A DNA stretch of 60,922 bases, the filler included, from Sluysia triapertura (taxonomy: Eukaryota): the NCBI GenBank assembly GCA_046118255.1. It is 5 parts of 5 records of this genome, joined end to end, with 100 filler letters (N's around TTAATTAATTAA, not from the genome) between each part and the next. Parts side by side here need not be neighbours in the genome. Positions count along the whole stretch, not along the records: positions 1 to 13,250 come from JBJNIA010050228.1; 4 more parts are not named here. One strand, given 5' to 3'. Of the stretch, positions 1 through 13,250 are shown piece by piece (position 1 is the stretch's first letter; every line of letters begins with the position of its first letter). The notes beneath the pieces are model-generated. The model worked only from the letters and a program-made list of their open reading frames with translations. It searched no databases and was not told the origin of the DNA. The translations under genes and the position numbers were made by a program.

Positions 1-881
1 CAGATACTAGTTCTTCTGTTCTTTGAATAGCATTTTCTATGTTGTTCATTTCAAATTCAGTATATATTTGCACGTCACCAGCATATATGTGGTATTTAAA
101 TCCATAAGATCACACAAGTCTATCATTCGCAGAAGGAAATGAATATTAGTGAAGATAACATAAAATGACATAAAATAAATTACATTTGTCGTTTTTGATA
201 TCGAATTTCTATTTAAGTTTGCAGATTAGTTACTTTTGGGACACCCTGTGCATCCATCTTGATGACCTGACAGTATACTTTGGACTTAAATCTCTTCGAA
301 TTAATCTGTGATTTTAAACTACCTTTCAATTTAACTTCATATTCAACTTCTGATCTTAACTTAAGAAATTGTCCGTGGAACCAGACAATTTAATTCAGAA
401 TATTTAATGCGATACTGTTAGCGTCTTTAAAACCTGACAATACATTTCCAGATCAAGAATAATACTATTGCTTTTAAGCTTAGACATAGATTCACAGTTT
501 GAACCAATATTATGCATGTTTATTAGAATTTGTGATAAATAATAACCATCGTTGTGGTATGGAAGCTCTTTAAAAATTTGTTTATTTCAATATATTTTCT
601 ATTGTTTCTTGGTAGCAAACTCTTCATGTGCTTTTCCCAACAAAATAAATAAATAAAATAAAATAATCCTAAAACAGATAACTCAAAATTTGCTGATACA
701 TCGTTAAATACATAATTGTACCTCTTGTTGCCGATGTTTCTTTAAAGACGGGTAACCGAAATTCTTCAAAAAAGATTCATATTTATCAATTTAAAGCAGT
801 TTCGACGATGTCATAACATTGCTAAAGATGATCAGAATTAAGTTATTTACCAATTTATTGACAATGATAAAACTTTCTCAC

Positions 882-1726
882 TTCTCAGCTTCATCGTCCG
901 ACTGACGCACTCCGAACCCGTCGTAGTACGCTGCTCCCAAGTTGTAGCAAGCCGGGAAGTAAAGATGAATTGTTTGAGCATCTCTCCCGGATTTGATAAT
1001 GTGCTTCATGTAGGAACAACCAAGTTCCTAATAAATTAATTAAATGAAACTTTGGTAATAATAATTATTATTATTAAATTTAAATTTACTAAAAATGTCG
1101 ATTTTGTAAACATTATTGCGCTCAAAAAGATAAACACCTTTACTTAATCACTAAACAATCTTCTATAACACCAAGAAACTACGGAAAACGATGTAGGAAA
1201 ACAGCGGTTTCAAAAATGCAAGATTGAATATTCTTTGAGTCCAAATCTAATGTCATTAATGTATAAAAAATATAATTTCATTTAACTTTAATGTTACTAT
1301 TTTCTTATAATGTAAATAATCAAACCAACTGGATCCGATATGCATCCCAATCCATCATAATACTGAATTCCTAATTGAAACATACACTGAAAATCTCCAT
1401 TTTTTGTTACGCCATCATTAAAATAAGATAAACTTTTCTCATAACGTTCCTACAAAAATAGAGAAAAAGGAATTGTCATAAAAATATTTAATTAAATCTT
1501 AATTTACGGAAAGAAAATAAAGCTGTCCCAATTGAAAAAAGGCTTCGTAATTATGTTCATTAATTTCATTCAATAAATAAAGCTCCAGACGTTTATTTAA
1601 CACATCATGTGAAATAGGGCCTGTTACATCTATACCAATTTTAATCAGTTTTTCTTCCGTTTCTTTACTTAATACAATTGGATTTCGTTTCAATTGAATT
1701 TTATCTTTTATTATTAAATTTGTCAT
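882..1726 (-). CDS. LRP2BP: LRP2-binding protein-like (Sel1/TPR-like repeats), 5' part; 3' exons not found in window
   Basis: Phase-consistent GT-AG exons 1726-1508 (MTNLIIK...AFFQLGQLYFLS), 1449-1330 (ERYEKSLSYF...FQLGIQYYDGLGCISDP), 1027-882 (ELGCSYMKHII...HLYFPACYNLGAAYYDGFGVRQSDDEAEK). Colinear with recalled LRP2BP (AYFLRGQLYFEE...YQLGVMYYDGLG...[24 protein letters not shown]). Start codon uncertain. Confidence 0.85.
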
Positions 1727-2215
1727 ACTTTTAAGTTTTAATATAGTTTGCACTAAAAATTTAATACTTTATTAGAATTATAAATAAATTTTTTTATTCT
1801 AACCTAAAATTATATCAAACAACAAAATCATCCATTTACTAAGGAATTAATAAAATGACAATTTACGCAATTATTACACAATTGAATATGAAAATATTTT
1901 CGTTTCTATAACGACAAGTAATTATTAGAACAAAAATTTTCAATAAATGTGACAACTCAATTAATTTTCAATTTAAAGTAGACAAAGATAAAGTTCAGAA
2001 AGATTAATTTTAACTTATAATGTAAATTGATATACATTTAAATTTTATATAAAAGTACTTTAACAGAAATACTTCATTCAAAAAAATAATAATCCAAAAA
2101 TTTATTAAATACAAATGAAATTAATACATATAATTAATAATATTTCTAATAAATTGTGTGTAAAACCAATAAAAATCATAAAAAACAAGGCAAAGAAATT
2201 TAAAAAAATTGTAAC

Positions 2216-4140
2216 TTAGAATAATTCTGATTTTCTTTTTTTGTATTCATTCCAGCGTATAATTGAATATCTGCAAATAAATTAAAAAATATTACATTTT
2301 AATTAATTGAATTTAAAATCATTTAAAACCAAATAATTCTAATTTCCTAGTGCGGATGTATAAACTTAACTTAAAATATTAATAACCGATTGGATTGAAT
2401 GCTTTGAAAATAAATGTTTGAAAATCATGAAAAAAATCAAAATTTATTATAACATGGAACGAAATATTAATTGTAGTGTAAATGCAAATTCAAGAAAATA
2501 TCAAATATTCGAAAATTTATTAATAAAATTAATTATTCATTCATTGATAACTAATTACATAGATTAACAATGATGCATGAGTAAAATGCAATCACTGTTA
2601 AATCGATAATCAAGAATAATTTTCCAAAAACATTTCTTATAACACTTATTTTAAATAATTACATTGGTTACCAATAAAATCAAGAGTGGAATTCAAAATC
2701 ATAACACTAATCTATAAATATTTAGGTTGCAGAAGTCCTGTAATAAAATATCTGGATGTTTTACTCTAATGAATGTCACAGGATATAACAATCTGTAAAG
2801 GATACGCAAAGAAAATAAGACAGGTCATAGGTTATATACCGTTCGTTTCATAAATATATAACCAGTTACCAGAGAATGTCAAATTACTGAAAGATTATGA
2901 AATATTTAGTAACAGTTTTCTATTTCAGAAATATTATAATGAATGATGCATTATAAACGCTTTCAAATATTATCATTATCATTATTACTGCAATTCATTA
3001 AATAAATAAATATCGTAATTATGTTTGTATTATCATATTTTATAATTTTCTTTCTCATTTCCACCGGAAGCAAATTGGAAATATTTGCACGAATCAAGAG
3101 GTAGCGCATTTTTTCCGTGACGAAATTTGTCAACATCGTATTTCTGCTATAATATACAATCAAATATCAAATGGGACGACATTTGCTGATTGGTATTGGC
3201 ATATTGGCTTACCGAATTCATTTTCTAGACGGCAAAATGAAGTGACACTGACTCTAAAACTGCTCAATACTAGAATTGGTACCATGCTATTTTCTCATCC
3301 ACTGATGCTATCTCATATGCTATTGGTTTTGAATCCACCAATTACCCAAATGTGCACTTTGAACATTGCAGCCCATATTTCATCTTTTTCCGATAGGATA
3401 ATTTCGCTGTCAAGGATTCCTTTGAGATTAAGCTATCCCCATTTTTCCGAATCAGCATGTAGATAAAACAAGTAACATTAAATTTTTATTCTTTTTGAAA
3501 GACGCTCCAGTCCGAGCTAGAACTATTTGTTAATTATTTCGCTATTGCAAGTAAAACACACAACTCACTCGAGATAATCAAATTTGATATTAGCACGTAG
3601 TAATTGCCAAATTCCCCATATCGAATAGAATAAGTGTGACAACAGAGAACACTTATTCACCATTTCGTACCAATATTCGATTTCATTCTCATCTACATCA
3701 TCTACATCATCTACATCATCATCATCTTCTTCTTCTTCTTCATTCTGGTAAAAATAGTCACCATTCATTTGCAGATATCGCTTTCTTTCAATAAGATACC
3801 GCCGAATCCAAGCAAATTGGAATTGGCGGCGTGGATAAAATGAATAATCGATTGGATCTATACCTAAAATAAAGAATTGTTTTAATGTCTCAATAATTAT
3901 CAATTATCAACTACTGATGTTAGTCAATAGATAAATTAAATTAAAAATTAATAATAATAAGAATAATGATAATATTGAATAATAATAATAATCCTGATAA
4001 TAAAAATGATAATAATAATAATATTAAACCTGCATATTCATTAAAATGATTTCCAATATCAAAAGGTATATAATTGTAACCAGCATATTCGAAATCAATA
4101 AAATGTACTCGATCTATAATAAAATCTATTATTATTATTA

Positions 4141-4195
<55 letters not shown>

Positions 4196-7188
4196 TACGA
4201 CAAATTTAAATTTAAATTTAAATATATAATGACAGTAATAATCAGTATATACCATCATTTCCTTTCGAATCATTTCGTCGAATTATTTTTATTGTTATTT
4301 CCATCTTCTACTTTATTATGTTTGATGTCTATATGTAAATATTACTTCTCCTCAGTGGCGGAATAAAGGAGGGCAAGGAGGGACAGGTGGCCCGGAGCGG
4401 AGCTTCATGGGAATGCAAAATTGCTTCTAGAAAAATAGAGAAAGAAATAAATGTATAGTCACGTACAGTGGTGGTTGTTGGGGGCTTCAGGTCGAAGTCT
4501 TGCTCCTCCTGACATAAGACTGTATGTCAGTCATAAACACAAATACGAGAATTTATAAGAGCCTCTCTTCTTTTATCAATGTTGCAATAAAAATACAAGT
4601 TATAAATTTTCCTTGTGTGTTGCACATAAAATATTTAAATCTTTTTTAAAGGTTTCAACACAGGAAATACAAAAATTAACTGTGACAATTGTTGTACGGC
4701 AAAATCATCTTCCAACAATGAAATTAAATGTGCAATTAAAAATCACAAAATGATAAATGATATTTATCAATGCCACGGACCACACAGGAAGAACGATATA
4801 TTAAATTTATAATACATTAAATACATTTTATAATACATTTTAGTAAAACAACTCGAACTAATTATTAAAGTAATTTATTTTGTTAATTTCTTAAAAAATT
4901 TATTTATTGCCATTTTTCTTTCAATGCCACAAAATAAGAAAGTCGAAAGATGACAATAAGTGGAGATATGACTGGAATAATCACGATTTCGATAAGATTG
5001 AGTGGGGATCCATTTGTTCATGAAGCTCGTTTCTGTTGATTGGCAGCGTCACCGTTGTTCGATGTGTGTTCAAAGTGTTCCAGACATTTTTCTGTTGATA
5101 AAATCATTTCAAAAATATGATGGTATCGTCAAAATAAAATATTACTAATATTGTATGACAGTAGACACTTTAGGAAAAAAATATTTTCAAACAAACTTTT
5201 ATTCGGCGGCAAAATAACATTTAATAGAATGAGGTCATTGTGACAAAATCCGATTGGACAGTTTAATTTTTCAATTTCTTTTCGAAGAAAACATAATTCC
5301 GTTATGAATTCTTGCTTTCTGGGAAGATTCTTTCTGTATCTGAATAAAATGATAAATCAATTTAGTGTGGATTTATCAATATGTTTATTTAGTGTTCCAG
5401 AATTATAACATCACGGCTTCGTGAAGGTCATCGCAAGTCGCAATGCATCTAAAAAACATCCACTTATTCAGAGAAAGACTAGCAGACACTTAAGAACATC
5501 ACGACTTGGGCAGGTGGCTCTTCTCGAAATATCAATATCAGTTGAGTCGATAATAATTAAGGATGTAGAAGGTCAGCAACACATCATTTCGTGTGTTAGA
5601 GCCAAATTATAGAAATAACAATGACTTCTTCTTCACAGACATACACACACAACATAATAGAAGATAATATACATACTTCTCGTCCGCATGTGAGTCTTCC
5701 AAATGATTGGGAACGTGTTGCGCATAAATAAATGCCATGTCGAATATTTGTGGTTGTTTAGATTCACAGAACTCGACTTGAACTGCGTGCAGCTTGGCCA
5801 TCTGCTTGATGATCAATCTGGAAGTNNNNNNNNNNNNNNNNNNNNNNNNNNNNNNNNNNNNNNNNNNNNNNNNNNNNNNNNNNNNNNNNNNNNNNNNNNN
5901 NNNNNNNNNNNNNNNNNNNNNNNNNNNNNNNNNNNNNNNNNNNNNNNNNNNNNNNNNNNNNNNNNNNNNNNNNNNNNNNNNNNNNNNNNNNNNNNNNNNN
6001 NNNNTCAAAAACTGTAGAGTTATCTTAAATCAATTATACTTATTTGATTTTCTGTTATTCGCAAACTTTATGTAACACTCTTAATTTATTATTTAATTAT
6101 TGTAATGTATTCTTTTTAGATGCCTTCTGAAAATTCTTATTGTTGATAATCACAAATCCAAATGTATTCGAGTCTATCTCTATTTTATAATAATTTTATA
6201 GTGTACCTTTACAGGGAATATTCGAAGTACGATATTTTACATTTCGTCTCATAGTTCGAGGAGATGCAAGTCCAAGATGAAGTCAATTATCTAAATCATG
6301 GTTGTCATTGTTGTTGCTGTTCATTTTGCATTTCTTAATAAGTCTCCCAACTACACACCACTAACTTATAGAATAGTACTTTCTATCAATATTATATTGT
6401 AGCCAATTAGGTTGAAATAAGATTGTTTCTATTGTTAGACTGACCTAGAATCGAACCCCGGCCCTCTCGCTGCGCAGTTCGATTAATATAAAGGTCTTCT
6501 TGAATTGAGGAACAATTTTCTTTCTTCTTGCAGGGACCTTGCATGACATAGTCACGGTATGTGTTATTCGAGGACTCCGCAGCTAGTCGTACCAAGGTCT
6601 TGATTTCGGTCTTGTGGAAGCCTGTCATTCTCGGGATTCCATGACCACAAGGCTCCAACGACGAATGTATCCAGAGACACCTCGCACTCAGTTTGTCCTG
6701 GAGATCAGCATAATTCGCAGTATTGGTGGTTTGGGTAATAACGAAGTCTCTATAGCTCTACCCACTGAGATATCAGCACCGCCTAACAATTTTGTTTATT
6801 ATAGTCAATTATACACACAGTCTTTGCTTAAATTCTATTGGTTAGAATATTCTCGAAAATGATGGATTATTCAAAATAGAAAAAGTTTATAAAGAGATTA
6901 AACATCTCCCAAATCAACTAACTCATTAATATATGGATCCCAAACATGACTAGAATTCAAAACTTCACCATGAATATAATCGTAGCAACATCCATTGTAA
7001 AACTGAGCCCAAACTCGCGGCGCCAAATCTTCTTTATGCAACGCAGACATATTTCGCATTTCCTTGTCACGATCCACGATAATTTTCCCATACAATCTCA
7101 CTAGGATTACATCGGTTTTTTCTGAAATTATGCGTTTATCTTTATACCAGACAGCAAAAAGAGCATTTGAAAGACCTCCGGATTGTTT
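2216..7188 (-). CDS. ETNK1: Ethanolamine kinase (choline/ethanolamine kinase family); first exon(s) not identified
   Basis: Phase-consistent exons 7188-6923 (GGLSNALF...VLVRLYGK..VDRDKE...FYNGCCYDYIHGE), 5817-5677 (LIIKQMAKLH), 5339-5197 (Brenner motif GFCHNDLILLNVI), 4113-4030 (FIDFEYAGYNYIPFDIGNHFNEYAG), 3863-3569 (IDYSFYP...LLSHLFYSIWGIWQ...FDYL), 2270-2216 (YSIIRWNEYKKRKSELF*). Confidence 0.93.
2636..2962 (+). mobile_element. L2/CR1-clade LINE 3' end fragment
   Basis: Decayed LHWLPIKSRVEFKIITLIYK..GHRLYT..YNQLPENVKLLKDYEIF..FLFQKYY; homologous to 17686-18045. Confidence 0.7.
5410..5600 (+). mobile_element. Possible Tc1 transposase relic (different family) in ETNK intron
   Basis: Mixed-frame SRLREG..SRNASKKHPLI..EHHD resembles Tc1 RRL.E.G..SR.A.KKPL. 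Confidence 0.35.
6432..6812 (-). repeat. tRNA-derived repeat (SINE-like), interrupted by a 272-bp insertion
   Basis: 5' half with A-box-like TATCTCAGTGG at 6755-6779; 3' half with B box GGTTCGATTC and acceptor-stem TCAGTC at 6438-6482. Homologous to copies at ~29003-29220 and 44638-44757. Confidence 0.7.
6483..6754 (-). mobile_element. 3' fragment of an RLE-type (NeSL/Utopia/R2-superclade-like) non-LTR retrotransposon
   Basis: GC-richer insert. Minus-strand frameshifted NYADLQDKLSAR / SLDTFVVGALWSWNPENDRL / EIKTLVRLAAESSNNTYRDYVMQ resembles the RLE C-terminal motif KY..L...L......(D)AF.VGALGSW.P.N. By-eye match only. Confidence 0.55.
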
Positions 7189-9574
7189 CTGAAAGCATAA
7201 ATAAAGTATGGAAATAAATATTTAAAATGTGGATATTGTTAAAATTAGTAGCATAAGTAAAACATTTCAAAAATAAAAACAAATTCCGAAAAAAATAATA
7301 GAAATTGAAAAGTTTATCGATTTGTTTACCTTCTTTGTGCTTATATTTGAGAGTTGTCGTATTTTTTGACTTGACCCTTGTTTAGCTTATTTTGAAGTTG
7401 TAGAAATAACCAATAACAAAACTATGAATTAATATCAGAACGGAAACAGAATATTTATGGTTTGGGGACAACAACTATTCAATTTCATCACACAAGATCT
7501 TTACTACAATCGGCTTCCTTATAATCAATATTTCATAAATGTTAATGTGAATTGCATAACAGAAACAACAGCGCTTTAAGTGGTTGCTATTTGAATTGAA
7601 AATTATTTTGTTTATCCTTTTCCTTACATTTTATTTAACATTTTCCAAATCACTATAATTTATTTTACAATTCAATTAAATCAACACAATAAATATTAAA
7701 CAAGAAATCAACTCCAAACAATGAAATAAAACAATAATAAGATTCCTCGAACTGTCAAAATTATATTCGAGACCATTAATTCCGTGCAGGTGCCTTTGAC
7801 AATGTACTCGTGATTCACCACTGCCACACATTAGGGTTTGCGAGATTGAATCAATAATCCATGTTGATAAAAAGTGAAATACTGGTAAACAAAATCAATT
7901 TTTTTACGTTAATCTTAATGCAGGAGTGCAGATCAAAAACGCGGAAATGTTGTAATAGATGGATCTGTGTGAATAATAACCATTTTCGAAGGGATGAAAT
8001 GTTACATGGTTTACTAATAAAACCATAAATATATTTCGAATAAATGTTTGATTTTCTACAACCGACTTTCGTGCAGAATATTAATCTAACTTGAATAGTT
8101 CAACAAAATTTAACTCGAGACATATATTTTGTATCTTTACATTATACAGAAACAACTTCTATTACAGATTTTCTATAATGCAAGAACTCATCGTCTTTTT
8201 AACGGTTTCGGTGATTGTGACATCGCCAAAATGATGTTAATTCGCGATCAAATGATTCAACTGATTCAGTATCTACTTGAATTGGATCAATGGTTTGAAA
8301 CTCATGCCACATTCTTGGAGTATTATCAAAATGACTTAATGATATATTGTCAGTAATTTCAGTATCCACTAATTCATAATAAGAATCGCTATTAGATTTT
8401 GTTATCCATTGAATTATAACGACTGTTCATTTTACACACAATACTGAATTCAGTTTCATTGTCATCAAATATTTGTAATAAATTTATTATACGACGTAAT
8501 AATAAAGAGTGAATTGATAATGCAGTAGGAATATAAAAGTTTGTATTTTGTTTTTCTTTTATATATCTGAAGCAATAATGTGAATATAAAACCGGCTGTA
8601 CGACCAAATCCTGCTGTACAGAACAGTTGTGTGCTTAATAAAAATTATTTCAACGAATTTATCTATGTTATAGTATTATTATTATTTTGAAAATTAATTA
8701 GCTCTAAAAATCAAATTATTTAATTATTTTTGATTTAAAGCGAACTTTGGTAGATTAGTAACAGACAAATAAATAATAATTATTATTATAATATTAATAT
8801 ACAAGAATCTCAATATCAATTTACAAGTTTTACTGGGCAACCAACCAACCAATCAATCGATCGATTAAAAGAGGAATGAAAATAATATGGAGATACGGAT
8901 ATTAAAAAATGGTTTTTAATGGAGGATAAAAATAGATAAGTAATAATTATTATTAGGAATTATTAGCCTAATTGGCACTACCGGCATTGACTCCTCTGCC
9001 ATACCAGCTAGCAGCAGCTGCTTCACTGTTCATACAAGCCACTTGCAAGATTTGCTGAATTAACGAATCGAATTTGTTGCAGCTGAACGTTCTGGAACAA
9101 TTTGCATAAACCGAAAAGATAAAAACCGAAGTAATAAAATACAAAGATAGTAATAATACGATGACAATGACGGTTTACATTATAATATTAAATTTCAGAT
9201 TGCAATTATGTGTAAATGTTAATATAAGTATTGTTATCATAATTATGATCGTTGTGAAAAGTTGTGGAATTTTGAGTTGTGTTATTAGTGTTTACGATTC
9301 TTGTGTGCTATTTGTTGATTTTTAATAAATTCATGATTTTCTGAAGAAATATCCATTCTTGAATAATGACAACCTATATATTTAAGACTATGATTACATT
9401 TTAAGAATAATTGACAATTTTCTTAATGTTCTTAACATACATTCACAAATCTTAAACGTCTGTAAAATTGTTAAAAACTTAAGCGACAAGAAAAAACAAT
9501 ACATTTATTAAAAATCGTCATCAAAATCTAAATTTAATTTAAATTTGAAACTTAATTTCTTCTCCAACCATTGT

Positions 9575-10400
9575 TAATTATATATAATTGATTGTTCTTG
9601 GAGCCAATTCCGATTTGATCTGCAAAACATTCTTTATATTCTTGATAGCTTATGTTGCTGCCTTTCAGAGTCACTACTTGAGTCTCATTATATTCACTAA
9701 TACTATATTATAAGGAATAGCGTATCCATTCATATATTTTATCTTACTTTGACTTTCATCTTTAAATTTACCTATTGTATCTTGAAATTTATTAATACAC
9801 ATTTGATAGTTTGTGTCATAATTCATCTTTAATCATTTCATTTAAATTAACATTAGTACATTTTAAAAAAGAAACTATCAGTATTTTTCTAATTCTTCAT
9901 ATTGTAATGGATACATTCTTAATGTACTAAATCTAAAACAATTTGTCCTACATAACTTGGTCTATCTAGGTATACTACTTCTTTTCCTAGTAAAACTGCA
10001 ATCAAATCGTCAGCATCTTTAATTTCACCATCCTTACTAAACGTGACCTTAGCTCAAGTCTGGATTTTAATGTTTCTTAACTAATTTTTAATTTTTGTCA
10101 ATCTAACTATCATTTGTTAAGAAAAAGGCCTGATTTTATATTTTGATCACTTAAATTGTAACTCGAGATTGGGTGATTATTACTTAAATCACTTTCTAAA
10201 TGGACATCCTAAACCTGGGTAATATTAAATTACTTTTTCCACTTCCTCTGCATTAATTCCGTCTTCGTTGATATTATTTATATTTTCGTGAATATGACCT
10301 TCATTGGTTATTTGTAAATCTAAAAAAATAATTTAATAAAAACGACAGCTACTTTTGAACATCTTTTTGCGTTTATTTTCATTTTCGGTCTTGTTCGTCA
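9575..10400 (-). pseudogene. Decayed protein-primed family B DNA polymerase of Polinton/Maverick/adintovirus type
   Basis: Minus-strand frameshifted peptide DDLIAVLLGKEVVYLDRPSYVGQIVLDL.TLRMYPLQYEELEK..TDSFFF..DTNY..IGKFKDES..YQEYKECF..IGSKNNQLY. Matches the order of pPolB motifs (KP.YVG..VLDLSK..MY; DTDS; GKFKDE; I.S..H.LY). Confidence 0.72.
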
Positions 10401-10835
10401 TTTGCAAATAATCTAAAAATTAAATTAGTAAAAAAATTCTTACTTGCTATGTCTTATTCACAATGTCATTCAATCAAACATTTTAATACTTTTAAATCAT
10501 TTAACAGTAACATTATATCAGACAACTTTACACTACAAATCATCTACAAACTCATCCAATTCATATTTATACAATATGTAGCAAGAGCACAACACAGCTC
10601 GATGATACACATCAGATTCATACGCAACTAAAGTACCAAATATCAATATTTCACAGGAGAAAATTCACACTTTACAATAACCAATTCACGTCACAAACTC
10701 ATCCTGCAGATCATCTAGAACTCAAATAAATTATAATTACGCAGTATTAACATAATTCAGCAAATTTAACTCGTATCGTATGGTTAGAATAATAATAATT
10801 ATAATATTAATAATAATGATAATAATAACAATAAC

Positions 10836-10877
<42 letters not shown>

Positions 10878-11625
10878 TAATGTTTACGCAGTGGCACAGA
10901 AATTCTTAAGCAACTATTACCAGTAGTAAATTGTTACAGAAACAAAAGATTGATTAAAAATAATAGTTGGCCAGCGAATAAAATTCCGTGTTAAAAATAA
11001 ACAATTAGAATAATCGAATATTGTCTATGAAGTATTAAAAACAGAATTTGCAGTACAATTTATAAAATGATAATATTGTGATGGTTATAAAATTAATGGA
11101 GTTTAGTAAAGAAAAGGAAATAATTGTTCAGATAAATGTTCGCATTAGTAATTCTGTGATGATGATAAAGAAATGCTTCAGCTAACAATTACCTCATTGA
11201 ATAAAGATGAATCAGATGTTCCTCCTGCAAAGGTTGCAGCAATAATTTGATTTGTGCACATGACCATAAAAGATTCAGTCCACCAACAAACTATCACAGT
11301 GAAACACCGTGTAAGGTATGTGAATCATTTATTGGTAAAACACCCCGTGAGTGTTGCGAAGTTGATTTAATATCGTTATTTGAATTTGTGAACAAATGTG
11401 TGAATTTTTCTAATATCTCACTAAGCAAAGTGCTTCAGAGCCAAATAAATAATAATTGAATCTTATGCTTACAACTACTGACTACATTTTCCACGGAAAG
11501 TGTAGTTTCTGGCTGCTTCCCATTATGCATTTATTCATTTTACTGAACGTACGAAAGATGATTTATGTTTGAGACCCACTAACTGTGAATCATTCAAAAA
11601 TGACCATATTGTCTTTTTCTGCAAA

Positions 11626-11922
11626 GTCTTGCAAGTCACACTTCGGAGTTTTCATTTAACTGAATTTCATTATTTCAAGTCATTCTCGTGGATCATATTG
11701 TGCTGCAAAGAAGAAATCTTGCTTGGATGATTATCTGAAAGTTAATCACAATCAGTCGCAGTCAGAAAGTGAACCAGAATGTTTTGACAATGAAAGTATC
11801 TCTCAGAATGTATTGTAATTTAAAGCTAATTGTGCTCTTTAAATACAGAAGTATATACTAAAGAATGCATTTAACGACGTCCAAGGCCATTCATTCATAG
11901 ACTTTTATTAAGTATCCCAATC
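11626..11922 (+). repeat. Second copy of the 24041-24450 element interior
   Basis: Shared strings TCTTGCAAGTCACAC, TTTTCATTTAACTGA, CAGAATGTATTGTAATTTAAA, TAAATACAGAAGTATAT, CCATTCATT..ACTTTTATTA. Confidence 0.75.
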
Positions 11923-12901
11923 TGTTATTATTTTATTATTATCGGTTATTTCCGAGGAATCACAGTAATAATCGATGTGCATGTTTCAGCTTTTCCGTTC
12001 AATTCATTCAATTTAATTGATGGTAAGTATTGATCATGAATTGATCAAATCAGTCTTCCACATTCATAATACATAATTCTTAATTAATAATTTGTTTTCA
12101 TTATTAACAAAACTTTCTAAATCATTTTATCTTTTTTTCGGCGGCCAAATTTTTTTGATGATATATGATGATGATGATAATGGTCTTTCATTAATGATAA
12201 CACATCTTCTGCAGTGCTATCTAAAAATGAATTAAGAATTTTAATATATTAATAACAGAAAAGTTTCATGTTAACAGTTTCGTAAGATGTCGCTACAACG
12301 AAATTACTCAAAATAAATGCTCACCTAACTTCTCCGCCAAGTTGTCAACCATCAACTCAACTTAATCCCCAGTACGACAATCACAAAATTCTTATCATTG
12401 CTACATTTCTCATAAGTTTTTCAAGTTTCTGTAGTTAACTAAATCTATTCGGTGTAATTCCAATGCTTTCGATGTCGTAATCTCAGCGGTAGCATGTTAC
12501 TGTTAGAAATGTTAGCTTTATCTATGATTACTACGGAACATTATTTTAACATCATCCATTTTATAACCATCACAATTTCGTAGCATCAGAAGACGCGCAT
12601 TATCCGGAAATTGAGCAATAAACATATTAAGCATTCTCTTATACAAACAACTAATAAGAAACTAACCATGAATTAATAATAATAAATCTAACGGTTACAA
12701 AAATGCTCTATGAAATTGATCTATAAAGCGAGAAAATCTAAAATAATACTGTTTTAAAACATGTTTTGATACCAAATTAAAATGTTTCCACATTCTAAAA
12801 TTAAACTACAAAATATAAAGTCAAAAAAAAGGTATTATTAAAAATTAACAAATTTTCGGATGTTATAGCAACAATCACAAAATTCTTTGTCGAATATTTC
12901 T

Positions 12902-13250
12902 TTCGATGATGATGATGATAATGATATATGATGATAATGATGATATTGTTGTTGATGATGATAATGATGATGATGATGATAATAGATGATGAGGATGGTG
13001 ATAATGATGATGACGATAGATGATGATGTTGTTGCTGATAATGATGATGATGATAATGATAGATGATGATGTTGTTCATTATGACGATAATGATGATGAT
13101 GATAGATGATGACGATAGATGATAGATGATGTTGTTGTTGTTGATGATGATGATGATGATAATAGATGATGATGATGGTGATAATGATGATGACGATAGA
13201 TGATGATGTTGTTGCTGATAATGATGATGATGATAATGATAGATGATGAT
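12902..13250. repeat. Degenerate (GAT)n microsatellite with internal ~180-bp-period duplication
   Basis: GAT/GTT/AAT triplets; 12961-13070 is nearly repeated at 13141-13250; ends at the scaffold break. Confidence 0.9.

Noticed and set aside
2963-3540. Alternative last exon of ETNK or separate small genes (ORFs 2963-3163, 3242-3466)
   Set aside because: The homologous terminal exon is at 2270-2216; these ORFs are intronic with no recognisable homology.
5703-6075. ORFs containing X runs (also 18722-19093, 18805-19038)
   Set aside because: Open only because they cross N gaps; only the exon portions assigned to ETNK and EML are supported.
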